Of a stretch of 64,000 nucleotides of DNA, positions 36,023 through 47,053 are shown in pieces. Where the stretch lies: contig CAVRKD010000004.1 of the NCBI GenBank assembly GCA_963722185.1, forward strand, positions 12,480 to 76,479, in the 5' to 3' direction. Below the pieces are notes generated by a model, which saw only the letters and a list, made by a program, of their open reading frames with translations, did no database searches and was not told where the DNA came from. Made by a program: the position numbers and the translations under genes. How positions within the stretch are numbered: position 1 is the stretch's first letter; every line of letters begins with the position of its first letter. Origin of the DNA: an uncultured Actinomycetes bacterium (lineage in GTDB: Bacteria > Actinomycetota > Acidimicrobiia > Acidimicrobiales > JACCXE01).

Positions 36023-37417
36023 CTAGGTGACGACAACCGTGCCGATCATCTTCGGATGAATGAGGCACGCGTAGGGATAGGTGCCCGGCTTCGAGATCCG
36101 CAGGGTGTATTCCAGGTACGGACCGGCACCGACCAAACCGCTTGACCAGAACCCCTCGCCGTCGTAGGTGCCACCGTCGAGCTTCTGTATGCCTTCGGCG
36201 TCTTCGTCCTCTTCAGGTATCGGAGGCGCTCCACCGGCGGGCTCCGAGACCTTCGGATTCAGTCGCACGCTCTTGGCTCCGAACTGGATAATCGGCAAGT
36301 ACGGCGGCACATCGAAGCTGACACTGTGATCAGAGCCAATGAACTTCCAGGTAATCGGCGCGCCCGCTTTGGCGCGGATCGTGCGCGGCACGAACTCGTT
36401 GATCGAGCCGTGGATCGGCGTGGGTAGCCCGGCAAACGGACCTGAGACGCGCTCGCCCTCGATGGTCACCGTATTCGTGCGTACGGCGTCGCGGTAGGTC
36501 TTTTCGAGCGGTAGCGCGACGTCCTCGGCCTCCTCTCGCGCGGCGCGCCGCACAGCGCCGGCGGACGGTACGTCGGTGCCGGGTTTGCGCACTTGCACTT
36601 CCGAAAGCTGGCCGGGGCCGTGCACCGCGCAATAGAAGAAGTACGTGCCTGGCTTGGTGTCCTCCGCGATCTGCATCTCGAACGTGTTTCCTCGCGGGCC
36701 TTCGTAGGGGAGGATGCCGCTGCTGTAGAAGCTCTGCGTTCCGTCGAACGCGGGCTGCTCTTGCTGCGCCTTGGAACACGGCTTGCTCGCGTCCTCAGGC
36801 GGCGTGCCGGACTTGAGGAAGCAGGGTTGGCTGACGTTTTGCGCCAGGCCGTCGGTCTCCTCGTCGAACGCGAACAGCAAGTCCTCGAACAGGGGGTCGG
36901 TCGCCTCGTTGATCTGTTCGTTGATCTCGGCGAAGGGCTGGCTCGTGGGGTTGTCGATGTCGCCGAGGAAGGCGTATTTCGCCTGAAGGGATCGGTAGGC
37001 CTTCAACACCTGGTCGCGTTTGCTCGCGGGTTTGGCGGCTTTCAGCGCGACCGCGAAGTCTTGAAGTGTCGCGTCGCCGGGTTCCTCTGGGTTCACAAGA
37101 TCTGGGTTACTGGCGACCATGTCGTCATAGGTGAGGAAGAGGTCCAACCAGTCGCTGACGGGCACCAACGTCTTGTTCACCGAGGTGCCGCCGGTAATCG
37201 TGTGCGGCTCGCCCGTCCACGTCTGTTTGAACACCACGGTCTGACCCGGCAGCACCGAAACCGATTTCGGAAAGTTGTTGGCGAGGAACATCGCGAACTC
37301 GTCGCTGCTGTAGTCCACGAGCACTTCGCGCTGATTCGAATCGTTGCCGCCACAAGCCCCGATGAGCACCACTGCCGCCGCCGCTGACACCACTCGCCTG
37401 AACATGCCGCCGAACAT
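36023..37417 (-). CDS. Lipoprotein with two cupredoxin-like copper sites
   Basis: The lipobox is LIGAC. The C-terminal site YACLIHPKM has amicyanin-like C-x2-H-x2-M spacing, with upstream GSDHSV. The internal site is FYCAVHGPGQL, with upstream GEPHTI. Confidence 0.7.
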   Translation of the reverse strand: MFGGMFRRVVSAAAAVVLIGACGGNDSNQREVLVDYSSDEFAMFLANNFPKSVSVLPGQTVVFKQTWTGEPHTITGGTSVNKTLVPVSDWLDLFLTYDDMVASNPDLVNPEEPGDATLQDFAVALKAAKPASKRDQVLKAYRSLQAKYAFLGDIDNPTSQPFAEINEQINEATDPLFEDLLFAFDEETDGLAQNVSQPCFLKSGTPPEDASKPCSKAQQEQPAFDGTQSFYSSGILPYEGPRGNTFEMQIAEDTKPGTYFFYCAVHGPGQLSEVQVRKPGTDVPSAGAVRRAAREEAEDVALPLEKTYRDAVRTNTVTIEGERVSGPFAGLPTPIHGSINEFVPRTIRAKAGAPITWKFIGSDHSVSFDVPPYLPIIQFGAKSVRLNPKVSEPAGGAPPIPEEDEDAEGIQKLDGGTYDGEGFWSSGLVGAGPYLEYTLRISKPGTYPYACLIHPKMIGTVVVT

Positions 37418-37437
37418 AGGCCACGATGGTGCCCGTG

Positions 37438-38700
37438 ATGAGCGTTCTCAATACACCGCTGTCAATCGGGACGATGACCGTGCGGAACCGGTTGTACCGC
37501 GCGCCCGTCCTCGAAGGCGCGGGCGACGGTCCCGATGCCGGCGAGCAGTACGCCAAGCACTTCGTCGAGAACGCACGCCACGGCGTCGGCATGATCATCC
37601 AGGGCGCGTCGTGCGTCACCGCTGAAGGCCGGTCGGGCCCGGGCATGTCGTGTGTCGACACCCGGGAAAAGGTGATGCGGTTCGCGCCGATGGTCGAGGC
37701 CGTGCACCGCGAGGGCGCGGCGATCGTCCTTCAACTCGGGCACGGTGGGTTGTACGCCATGGAGGCATGGCACGAGCCCTACGCCTCGCAGCGGACCAAG
37801 CCCCTTGCCGCGCCGTCGAAGGTGCCGTGGCAGATCAAGATCGCGTTTCGAGGTGTGCCCGTGCAGGCGATGAGCACGGCCGAGGTATACGCGCTCGTCG
37901 ATCGGTACGGGCGTATCGGGGAGTGGGCGCGGGAAGCGGGCTACGACGCCGTCCAACTCGGCAACTCAAATGCCAAGTTGCTCGACCAGTTCCTGTCGCC
38001 GTTCTACAACCGCCGGACCGACGAGTTCGGCGGCTCATTGGAGAACCGGGCGCGCATCCTGCGACTCATTCGCGCATCGATCGCCGAACACGCCGGCGCC
38101 GACTACCCATGCCTGGTGAAGGTCGCGTCCGAAGTCGGCGGGATTCCGTTCACGAAGCACACCTCGTTCGAGGACGCGCTGGCGCTCTCGCCGCTGCTCG
38201 AGGAGTGGGGATTCGACGCGCTGACACCGTGTGAGGTGTCCGCGTTCCCGGACACGACCTTGTGTCGCGGCGGCGTGCCCGACGGTCTGTGGACGAACAA
38301 GGGCATGGCGAAACGGTTGCGCGCAGCCGCTCCGACGCGACTGAAGCGAGCGACGCTCAAGGCGGGTGCGTGGTATGGCGGCAAGCGAGCGCCGTACAAG
38401 CCGATCTGGAACCACCATCTGTTCTCTGCGGTCTCGCAGCGCGTTTCCATCCCGGTGTTCGCCGTCGGCGGCATTCGAACCGCGGCGGAGGTCAACGAAA
38501 TCCTCGACGCTGGCGACGCCGCCATGGTCGGCATCGGCCGGCCGTTCTACGCCGAGCCTGATCTGGCGGCGCGCATCCTCGAATCGGATGACGCGCCGCG
38601 GCTATGCCTCAACTCGAACAAGTGCGTGTCAGCTCAGATGCTCGGGATGAAAGGCGTCTGTTACAACCCCGCCGTCGAGAAGCGGCGGTCGGTTTCGTAG
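37438..38700 (+). CDS. NADH:flavin oxidoreductase (Old Yellow Enzyme family)
   Basis: The N-terminus is L.IG.MTVRNRLYRAPV, and the OYE TIM-barrel pattern runs along the whole length. Confidence 0.85.
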   Translation: MSVLNTPLSIGTMTVRNRLYRAPVLEGAGDGPDAGEQYAKHFVENARHGVGMIIQGASCVTAEGRSGPGMSCVDTREKVMRFAPMVEAVHREGAAIVLQLGHGGLYAMEAWHEPYASQRTKPLAAPSKVPWQIKIAFRGVPVQAMSTAEVYALVDRYGRIGEWAREAGYDAVQLGNSNAKLLDQFLSPFYNRRTDEFGGSLENRARILRLIRASIAEHAGADYPCLVKVASEVGGIPFTKHTSFEDALALSPLLEEWGFDALTPCEVSAFPDTTLCRGGVPDGLWTNKGMAKRLRAAAPTRLKRATLKAGAWYGGKRAPYKPIWNHHLFSAVSQRVSIPVFAVGGIRTAAEVNEILDAGDAAMVGIGRPFYAEPDLAARILESDDAPRLCLNSNKCVSAQMLGMKGVCYNPAVEKRRSVS

Positions 38701-38705
38701 CGGCG

Positions 38706-39455
38706 CTACTTGGAGAGGCGCTTGGCCAGCAGTTCCTTGCCCTGCTGCGCGCCCTTGGTGTCCGTCTCGATCCGTCCGTCTCGCAGCGTCACGCGGCGCT
38801 TGGCTCTCTCGGCGACTTCGGTGGCGTGCGTAACGAGCACAACGGTCACGTCGTCCTCCCACAGGCCGCCGAGAATCTCGACGATCTCGCCCGTAGTCGC
38901 AGTGTCCAGGTTGCCGGTCGGCTCGTCGGCGAGCAGCACGCGCGGTCGGTTCACCAGCGCGCGTGCGATGGCGACGCGCTGCTGCTCGCCGCCTGACAAT
39001 GTCGACGGCAGGTGATCGAGGCGGTCGCCCAGGCCGAGGCGCTGCAGCATCGCGTCGGCGCGCGCATTGCGCTCTTTCTTGGCGACGCGACCCGGCGCCA
39101 GGGCTAGGGCGACGTTGTCCCGCGCGGTGAGCGTCGGGATCAAGTTGAAGTGCTGGAAGACGAAGCCGATCGCCTGATTGCGAAGCGCGGTGAGCTCGGT
39201 GTCGCCCAGCGTGCTCATCTCCTGGCCGTCAAGCTCGAGTCGTCCCGCGGTCGCCTTCTCCAACCCGCCGATCAACTGGAGCAGCGTTGACTTGCCCGAG
39301 CCACTCGGGCCTTCGATGGCGATGAACTCCCCGGGCGCGATCGACAGCGAGATGCCGTCGACGGCGCGCACGTCGCCGCCTCCGGTGCGGTACACCCGGC
39401 TGACATCGTCGAGCAGGTAGCGGGGCTTGGTTGTCACGGCAGGCGCGATGGTCAT
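38706..39455 (-). CDS. ABC transporter ATP-binding protein (MacB/LolD type)
   Basis: Motifs are GPSGSGKST, LSGGEQQRVAIARAL and LLADEPTGNLD. The ATG at 39455 overlaps the permease stop (ATGA). Confidence 0.9.
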   Translation of the reverse strand: MTIAPAVTTKPRYLLDDVSRVYRTGGGDVRAVDGISLSIAPGEFIAIEGPSGSGKSTLLQLIGGLEKATAGRLELDGQEMSTLGDTELTALRNQAIGFVFQHFNLIPTLTARDNVALALAPGRVAKKERNARADAMLQRLGLGDRLDHLPSTLSGGEQQRVAIARALVNRPRVLLADEPTGNLDTATTGEIVEILGGLWEDDVTVVLVTHATEVAERAKRRVTLRDGRIETDTKGAQQGKELLAKRLSK

Positions 39456-41188
39456 CCGAGATTCCTTAGGGCAACGGCGGGCTGGAGTCGGCTGGCGCGC
39501 CAGGCGCCGATGCCGCCGGCGAGCAGGCCGCCGAGGAGCGCGAGGAACACGCCGAGCACGATGGTGGACACGTCGACGGGCACAGTCAGATGCAGGGTGC
39601 GGGTGGCGTTGGTCACGGCCTCGGCGCTGGTGGCCCCGACCGACTGCAGGAGGCGAGCCGAGTTGTCGACCGCCGGCACGGTAGCGGTAAGGGACGGCGA
39701 GAACGCTCCGATGGCGGCGCCGCCGACGAGGCCGAGGATGACGCCGAGAACCGCCCCGATGGCGCTTATCCCGAGCGTCTCCACCAGGATCTGACGCACG
39801 ACCATCTTGCGCGACCACCCGACGGCGCGCAGCGTGCCGATTTCACGGACGCGCTTGCCGATCGATCCGAGCGTGAGCAGAGCGGCGAGCGAAAACGCCG
39901 AGCCGAGCACGATGACGGCGAGCACGCCACCGAACCGGTCGGCCAGCTTCTTGGTGTCCTTGAGGCTGCCCGTTACCTGCGACGCCAGCGAGGCGGTCGT
40001 GACGACCTGCGCCTCGTCCCCGAGTTCCTTCGAGATCGCCGCCGCGACCTTCTCCACATCGTCGGCGCTGTTGGCGCGGACGAGCACCGTGTTGACGCGC
40101 GCCTGCCGGCTCGAGAGTTCTTGCAGCGACGCCAGCGGGAAGTAGATGTCGGCGGCGCCACCTTGCACCGCGGGTTCGACCAGGCCGACGACCTTGAACG
40201 TCTTGCCGTTGATCGGAATCGTGCTGCCGACGGCGAGCTGGTTGGTCTTGGCGTACGAGGCCGCGACCATGACCTCGTCGGCCGCGCCCGCCTTGATGTA
40301 GCGGCCGTCGGTGACCTGGCTGGCGGTCACGAGACCCGACTCCGGATGTGCCGGGTCGACGCCGCCGGCGGTGTAGGTGGTCGATGTGATGTCTGTCTGC
40401 GGCGGGTTCAGCGCCTGCGTGAGCGTGCGTTGCGGGATGGTCAAGGCTTGGAAACGCTTCGGCATGCACTCGAGAAACTCATCACCCCCGATGGAAACGA
40501 ACCCGCCAGGCTTCTCCCCGGCACCGGGCGGTGGCTCGGAGCGTTCGATGGTGACTCCGCCTGAGGCCTCGCCGATGCTGACGCCCTTATCCTGCAAACA
40601 CTTCTCGGTCGCGGCGCGCTCTTCGGCGTTTGGCGGTTCGGGTCGCAACGTCTGCTCGGGCTGGTTCACTTCGGCGACGATCGCCGGCACCGTGCCGGTC
40701 TGATGCGTCGCCACCATCGTTAGCCCCGCGACCACTTGCTCGACACCGGCGACCGCCTTCAGCCGCGCCAGGACGTCGTCGGAAAACGTGAGGCCGCCCG
40801 ACGCCACGAAGAAGTCGTGGGTGAATTGATCACCGGGATTACCGAGTTTCGACAAATCGGTCTTGATGGCATTGGTTTCCTCGGCGCGCGCCGCCGCGTC
40901 CTCGCCGAAGCCCGTACGGATGCGGGGTGGCCCTTGCCCCGTGACCGGCGCCCCGGCCGTCGCGGTGACGGTGTCTGGCTGATCGGAGGAGCCTCGGGTG
41001 ACGAGGATGTCGGTGCCGACCGACGACAGGGGCGTGAGCACGCGATCCTGCGCGTCAGCCAGTCCGGCTGATGTCCCCACGATCGACAGCACCAGCGCGA
41101 CTCCGGAAGCGAGACCGAGGGCGGTGACGATCGCACGACCTTTGCGGCGACCCAGTTCGTGGCGCGCGTATGACTCGATGAATCCCAT
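39452..41188 (-). CDS. FtsX/MacB-type ABC permease with a large extracytoplasmic domain
   Basis: The layout is TM1, then an extracellular region of about 350 aa, then three C-terminal TMs containing the FtsX motif region. Confidence 0.85.
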   Translation of the reverse strand: MGFIESYARHELGRRKGRAIVTALGLASGVALVLSIVGTSAGLADAQDRVLTPLSSVGTDILVTRGSSDQPDTVTATAGAPVTGQGPPRIRTGFGEDAAARAEETNAIKTDLSKLGNPGDQFTHDFFVASGGLTFSDDVLARLKAVAGVEQVVAGLTMVATHQTGTVPAIVAEVNQPEQTLRPEPPNAEERAATEKCLQDKGVSIGEASGGVTIERSEPPPGAGEKPGGFVSIGGDEFLECMPKRFQALTIPQRTLTQALNPPQTDITSTTYTAGGVDPAHPESGLVTASQVTDGRYIKAGAADEVMVAASYAKTNQLAVGSTIPINGKTFKVVGLVEPAVQGGAADIYFPLASLQELSSRQARVNTVLVRANSADDVEKVAAAISKELGDEAQVVTTASLASQVTGSLKDTKKLADRFGGVLAVIVLGSAFSLAALLTLGSIGKRVREIGTLRAVGWSRKMVVRQILVETLGISAIGAVLGVILGLVGGAAIGAFSPSLTATVPAVDNSARLLQSVGATSAEAVTNATRTLHLTVPVDVSTIVLGVFLALLGGLLAGGIGAWRASRLQPAVALRNLG

Positions 41189-41250
41189 CCGCGCATCTTT
41201 CAGTCACCGCGTGAGGAAACGCTTCGCGGTACCTGTGAAATTGGTGTGAG

Positions 41251-41598
41251 TCAGTCCTCGAGTGGAATACGCAGCCACGCCAACATCTGCTTGAGCGCGT
41301 CGTAAGCCGCGAGGCGCGCCTCGTCGGTCCCGAAGGTTTCGGCGGCTTCCACCTGCTCCCACATCCGGTTGATCATCGACGGTCCGACTTCAAGCAGCGC
41401 CGCGCTCCCCGCGCTGGCCCAGCGCGCCAGCACATAGTGGACGAGGCCGCCGACGGGCATTCCGAGGTTGGCGCCGAGCTGCTCCAGCGTGGCCAGTGGG
41501 TCGCTGTGCGCGTAGAGCGCCACGTCAGCTTTGAAGTTGGCGTCCTTGTCGTCGTCGGGCCAGGAGCCGTCCCACGGCTCCACCGCGATGTCGGGCAT
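41251..41598 (-). CDS. Hypothetical conserved cytoplasmic protein
   Basis: The ORF is 115 aa and starts 3 nt downstream of the TetR stop. Third-position GC is high. I do not recognise the family. Confidence 0.5.
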   Translation of the reverse strand: MPDIAVEPWDGSWPDDDKDANFKADVALYAHSDPLATLEQLGANLGMPVGGLVHYVLARWASAGSAALLEVGPSMINRMWEQVEAAETFGTDEARLAAYDALKQMLAWLRIPLED

Positions 41599-41601
41599 CG
41601 C

Positions 41602-42183
41602 TTAGCGGTGAACGGCGCGGAGGCCGGCCCACGCGAGGTCGGCCACGCGTCCGGCAGCGACGTTGGCCGGTTCGGTAGCGCCCGTGGCGACCCAGCGCCG
41701 GCTCGCGCTCTCGGCCATGCCGACGATGGCGTGGGCGAGCAGCTGGCGGTGGTCGTCGTCGAGTCCGGCGTCGATCAGGGCCGCCACGAAGTCGGCGATA
41801 TTGCCTTCGACGTTTTCGACCGCGGCCGCGAAATCCTCGTCGCGGCGCGACCCGTCGCCGAACAACAGGACGAACGACGCGTGGTGATCCGCCACGAACT
41901 GGAAGTAGGCGGTCAGGCCGTTCTCGACTTGCTGCCGGGGAGTTGCAGCACCGCTGGTCGCTGCGGCGATCGCGCCGAGTAGGTGCCGGCCGACGTCGTC
42001 GAGCAGTTCGAGGAACAGGGCCCGCTTCGAGGCGAAATGCTGGTACAGCACCGGCTTGGTGACCCCGGCGGCGTCGGCGATGTCGTCCATCGAGGTGCCG
42101 TGCATGCCGCGCTCGGCGAACATTGTGAGGGCGATTTCGATGAGCTGTTGCCGCCGTTCGGCGGCGGGAAGTCGGACGGCCAT
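41602..42183 (-). CDS. TetR-family transcriptional regulator
   Basis: The HTH is GMHGTSMDDIADAAGVTKPVLYQHFASKRALF. Confidence 0.9.
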   Translation of the reverse strand: MAVRLPAAERRQQLIEIALTMFAERGMHGTSMDDIADAAGVTKPVLYQHFASKRALFLELLDDVGRHLLGAIAAATSGAATPRQQVENGLTAYFQFVADHHASFVLLFGDGSRRDEDFAAAVENVEGNIADFVAALIDAGLDDDHRQLLAHAIVGMAESASRRWVATGATEPANVAAGRVADLAWAGLRAVHR

Positions 42184-42193
42184 ATCGGTTACT

Positions 42194-42207
42194 TGACAGT
42201 AATGTCA
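42194..42207. promoter_or_regulatory. Inverted repeat TGACA-N4-TGTCA in the TetR/VOC divergent region (candidate TetR operator)
   Basis: I read it directly from the sequence. It overlaps a TTGACA hexamer (42193-42198). TAGGGT at 42219-42224 lies 7 nt before the VOC ATG. Confidence 0.45.
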
Positions 42208-42231
42208 CACCCCAGGCGTAGGGTGCGCGCC

Positions 42232-42999
42232 ATGGCTAAGCGAACTTCCTATCCCGCCGGTACGCCGTCCTATGTCGACATCGGCAGCCCGGATCCAGAC
42301 GCCACCGCCGCCTTCTACAGCGGCTTGTTCGGGTGGACGGTAAACGACCTCGGGCCCGACGCCGGCGGCTACAAGATGGCGCAGATCGAAGGCGACGACG
42401 TCGCCGGCATTGGTCCGGCGCAGAATCCCGGTCCCCCGTTCTGGACCACGTACTTCACCGTGGACGACGTTGACGTCACTGCGAAAACGGTGGAGGCCGC
42501 CGGCGGCAGCGTGCTGGCCCCTCCGTTCGACGTCATGACCGCCGGCCGCATGGCGGTGTTCATGGACCCCAACGGGGCCGCGTTCAGTGTGTGGCAGAAG
42601 AAGGACTCCATCGGCGCCTACCGGGTGAACGAGCACGGCGCGCTGTGTTGGAACGAGCTGAACACACGCAACCTCGAAGGCGCGAAGAAGTTCTACGCCG
42701 ACGTGTTCGGCTGGACGTATCACGGCGACGACAACTACACCGGCTTCGAAGTCGACGGGAACGGCGTCGGCGGCTTCATGCCGATGACGCCTGATCGCGT
42801 CCCGCCCGAGGTGCCCGAGCACTGGCTCGTGTACTTCGCCGTCGACGACGTCGACGCCGCGCACGCCAAGATCAAGGAACTCGGCGGCACGCCGATGATG
42901 GATCCGTTCGCGGTGCCCGACGTCGGCACGATGACCGTGGCCGCCGACCCCCAAGGGGCGACGTTCGCCGTAATTCAACTGAATCAACCGGCGGAATAA
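42232..42999 (+). CDS. VOC-family (glyoxalase/bleomycin-resistance fold) protein, two-domain
   Basis: Two repeats of the VOC module are present (FYSGLFGW..., FYADVFGW...). The start is the ATG at 42232. Confidence 0.85.
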   Translation: MAKRTSYPAGTPSYVDIGSPDPDATAAFYSGLFGWTVNDLGPDAGGYKMAQIEGDDVAGIGPAQNPGPPFWTTYFTVDDVDVTAKTVEAAGGSVLAPPFDVMTAGRMAVFMDPNGAAFSVWQKKDSIGAYRVNEHGALCWNELNTRNLEGAKKFYADVFGWTYHGDDNYTGFEVDGNGVGGFMPMTPDRVPPEVPEHWLVYFAVDDVDAAHAKIKELGGTPMMDPFAVPDVGTMTVAADPQGATFAVIQLNQPAE

Positions 43000-43128
43000 C
43001 CACCGGCTAAGAGAGCCCCCGCGGCAAGACTTAAAGCGGACGGATCCGGCTTCGCCGGTCCGGCCGCTCGCGAGACTTTGGTTTTGGGTTTCACTCGGCG
43101 AGCAACCTCTGGTTGCGAGCCGAAGGCT

Positions 43129-44235
43129 CTAGTACTTGATGACGGAACGAGCGACTTCGCCGCTTTCCATGGCGGTGAAGGCCTCGTTCACGTCGTCGAG
43201 TTCGATCGTGCGGCTGATCAACTCGTCGAGCTTGAGCTCGCCCTTCTTGTAAAGGTCGACCAGCTTCGGCACGTCCTTCTGCACGTTCGACGAGCCGTAC
43301 CAGCAGCCCTTGATCGTCTTCTCGGCGAGAACGACGCCGAAGAACGCTGGCAGGGTGACCATGGCGTCCATCTTCGGTACTCCAACCAGGATCGCTTGGC
43401 CGCCGCGGCGCGTCATGTTGATCGTCTGGTCGATGGTGGCCTGGAGGCCGATGACCTCGAAGGCGACGTCGGCGCCGCGGCCACCGGTCATTTCCATGAC
43501 CTGAGCGACGGGATCACCTTGGCTGGCGTTGACCGTCGCCGTGGCTCCGAACTCCTTCGCCAGTTGGAGCTTGGACTCGACCATGTCGACGGCGATGATC
43601 TCGGTCGCACCCTTGATGCGCGCGCCCTGGATCACATTGAGGCCGACGCCACCGCAGCCGATGACGGCCACGCTGTCGCCGGGCTTGATGTCGGCGGTGT
43701 TCATCGCGGCGCCGGTACCGGTGAGCACACCACAGCCGATGAGCGCGGCGACGCGCATGTCGACATCATCATCGATCTTGACCACGGCTACGTCGGGAAG
43801 GATTGAGACCTCGGAGAAGGTGCCGGCGCCGGCCATCTGCGGCAGCGGAGCGCCTTCGGAGGTGGCTCGGGTCGTACCGTCCATCATCGTGCCCGCGGCG
43901 AGGGCGGCCGAAGCGGCTTCGCACAGGTAGCCCTGGTCCTTCTTGCAGAAGAAACACTCGCCGCACTGCGGCACCCACGAAATCACGACGTGATCGCCGA
44001 CCTTGACGTTGGTGACGCCTTCACCGACTTCCTCGACCACGCCGGCTCCCTCGTGGCCGAGGATGATCGGCGGCATGGCGAACATCGTGCCGTTGATCAT
44101 CGACAGGTCGGAGTGACACACGCCCGACGCGCCCATGCGGACTTTGACTTCGCGGGCGTGCGGCGCTTCAACCTCAACGTCGGTGCGGATGACGAGCGGC
44201 TGGTTCTGCCCGACCATGACGGCGGCCTTGGACAT
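43129..44235 (-). CDS. Zinc-dependent alcohol dehydrogenase (class III/mycothiol-formaldehyde-dehydrogenase-like)
   Basis: Motifs are GVCHSD, GHEGAGVVEEVG, the structural-Zn Cys cluster CGECFFC, and the GCGGVG Rossmann motif. Confidence 0.9.
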   Translation of the reverse strand: MSKAAVMVGQNQPLVIRTDVEVEAPHAREVKVRMGASGVCHSDLSMINGTMFAMPPIILGHEGAGVVEEVGEGVTNVKVGDHVVISWVPQCGECFFCKKDQGYLCEAASAALAAGTMMDGTTRATSEGAPLPQMAGAGTFSEVSILPDVAVVKIDDDVDMRVAALIGCGVLTGTGAAMNTADIKPGDSVAVIGCGGVGLNVIQGARIKGATEIIAVDMVESKLQLAKEFGATATVNASQGDPVAQVMEMTGGRGADVAFEVIGLQATIDQTINMTRRGGQAILVGVPKMDAMVTLPAFFGVVLAEKTIKGCWYGSSNVQKDVPKLVDLYKKGELKLDELISRTIELDDVNEAFTAMESGEVARSVIKY

Positions 44236-44308
44236 GGGTCCCTCCCTGACTGGATCTGACGAAGGGAGCGACCCTACCCCGCAGTACGGAGCGGATTCAC
44301 ACCGGAAC

Positions 44309-46102
<1,794 letters not shown>

Positions 46103-46127
46103 CTACGTAAGAAGCAGGATGCTGGGA

Positions 46128-46198
46128 CGCGGTCATCGACGAAATCGTACCGCACTCCGCCGGAGCGCGGTCATCGACGTAATCGTACCGCACTCCGC
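46128..46198. repeat. Tandem direct repeat, 2 x 33 nt with a 38-nt period and one mismatch, in the leuA leader
   Basis: The copies are CGCGGTCATCGACGAAATCGTACCGCACTCCGC (46128-46160) and CGCGGTCATCGACGTAATCGTACCGCACTCCGC (46166-46198). Each contains GCGGT...ACCGC, and the 46128-46160 copy also contains the small inverted repeat ACGA-aa-TCGT (the 46166-46198 copy, with T at the mismatch, reads ACG-taa-TCGT). Confidence 0.85.
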
Positions 46199-46214
46199 TT
46201 GCATCCGTCTCGCC

Positions 46215-46706
46215 CTACTCCTGCAGTGACTTGCCCGTTTCCAGCAGCGACTTGAGGTCGCTGAGGATGAACGGGTAGCCGCCGCCGCCGTCGGTCAGCT
46301 TGCTGTCGCCGCCGGAAACGATGGCCGCGGTGACGGGGGAGTTGTTGACATCGGTGACCACGGTCAGCCGCGTGAGACCGCCGTCGTCCTCGGGCTCGAT
46401 GAAATACGTGACGATGATGCCCGGCTCGGCGGCCATCTCGTCGCTGAAGTACGCGTGAAAGCTGTGCGCCAGCTTCTTCGGTGGATCCGACTCCAGCACT
46501 TGACCATCGATGACGGCCTCGGGCATGCCGACGGCGCGCATCTCGGCGGTCGCCAGTGAGCGGTAGTTGCCGCCGGCGTGCAATTCGTACTCGGAGACGC
46601 TCTTGTAGCCGTAGCGCGCGTTCCAATCGGGTGACGTAATGGCTTCCCAAATCGCTTCGGGCGTGGCCTGGATGTACACGCGAAAGATCTGTGTGTCGTT
46701 GGTCAT
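46215..46706 (-). CDS. SRPBCC-superfamily protein (AHSA1/activator-of-Hsp90-ATPase-like)
   Basis: The N-terminus is FRVYIQATPEAIWEAITSP. It forms the classic pairing with an ArsR gene through a 4-nt overlap. Confidence 0.8.
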   Translation of the reverse strand: MTNDTQIFRVYIQATPEAIWEAITSPDWNARYGYKSVSEYELHAGGNYRSLATAEMRAVGMPEAVIDGQVLESDPPKKLAHSFHAYFSDEMAAEPGIIVTYFIEPEDDGGLTRLTVVTDVNNSPVTAAIVSGGDSKLTDGGGGYPFILSDLKSLLETGKSLQE

Positions 46707-47047
46707 GATGTCTTCTTCTTCTCCAATTGATGTTTGAGGTCGACGAGCGCGGAGACCCGACGCTCGGTGTACTTGTCGATCCAGCGGTCGTGCAGAAGGC
46801 GGATGGGAACGGGGTTGAGGTAGTGCAACTTCTCCCGTCCGACTTTGTCGGTCACCACCAGGTCGGCGTCCTCGAGAACTTTGAGGTGCTTCATCACACC
46901 GAATCGCGTGAGGTGAGGTAACTCGGCTTCGAGGTTGATGAGGGTCCGACCGTCCTGCTCGAAGAGGCGATCAAGCAGGAGTCGCCTCGACGGATCGGAG
47001 AGCGCCTTGAACACCAGATCGGTGTCTTTGAAACCGGCGTCCTTCAC
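46703..47047 (-). CDS. ArsR/SmtB-family transcriptional regulator
   Basis: The winged-HTH region is FKALSDPSRRLLLDRL...HLTRFGVMKHLKVLEDADLV. The start is the GTG at 47047. Confidence 0.88.
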   Translation of the reverse strand: MKDAGFKDTDLVFKALSDPSRRLLLDRLFEQDGRTLINLEAELPHLTRFGVMKHLKVLEDADLVVTDKVGREKLHYLNPVPIRLLHDRWIDKYTERRVSALVDLKHQLEKKKTS

Positions 47048-47053
47048 GGTTCC

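Noticed and set aside
44236-44308. The hairpin GGGTCCCTCCCT-N15-AGGGAGCGACCC between leuA and the alcohol dehydrogenase gene as a regulatory element that sequesters the adh ribosome-binding site.
   Set aside because: It has one mismatch and a large loop. It is equally well explained as a simple leuA terminator lacking a U-run. I cannot discriminate between these from sequence alone.
46128-46198. The two 33-nt direct repeats as a possible mini CRISPR array.
   Set aside because: There are only two copies, separated by 5 nt. There are no spacers of CRISPR size and no cas genes. The repeats sit in a gene leader.
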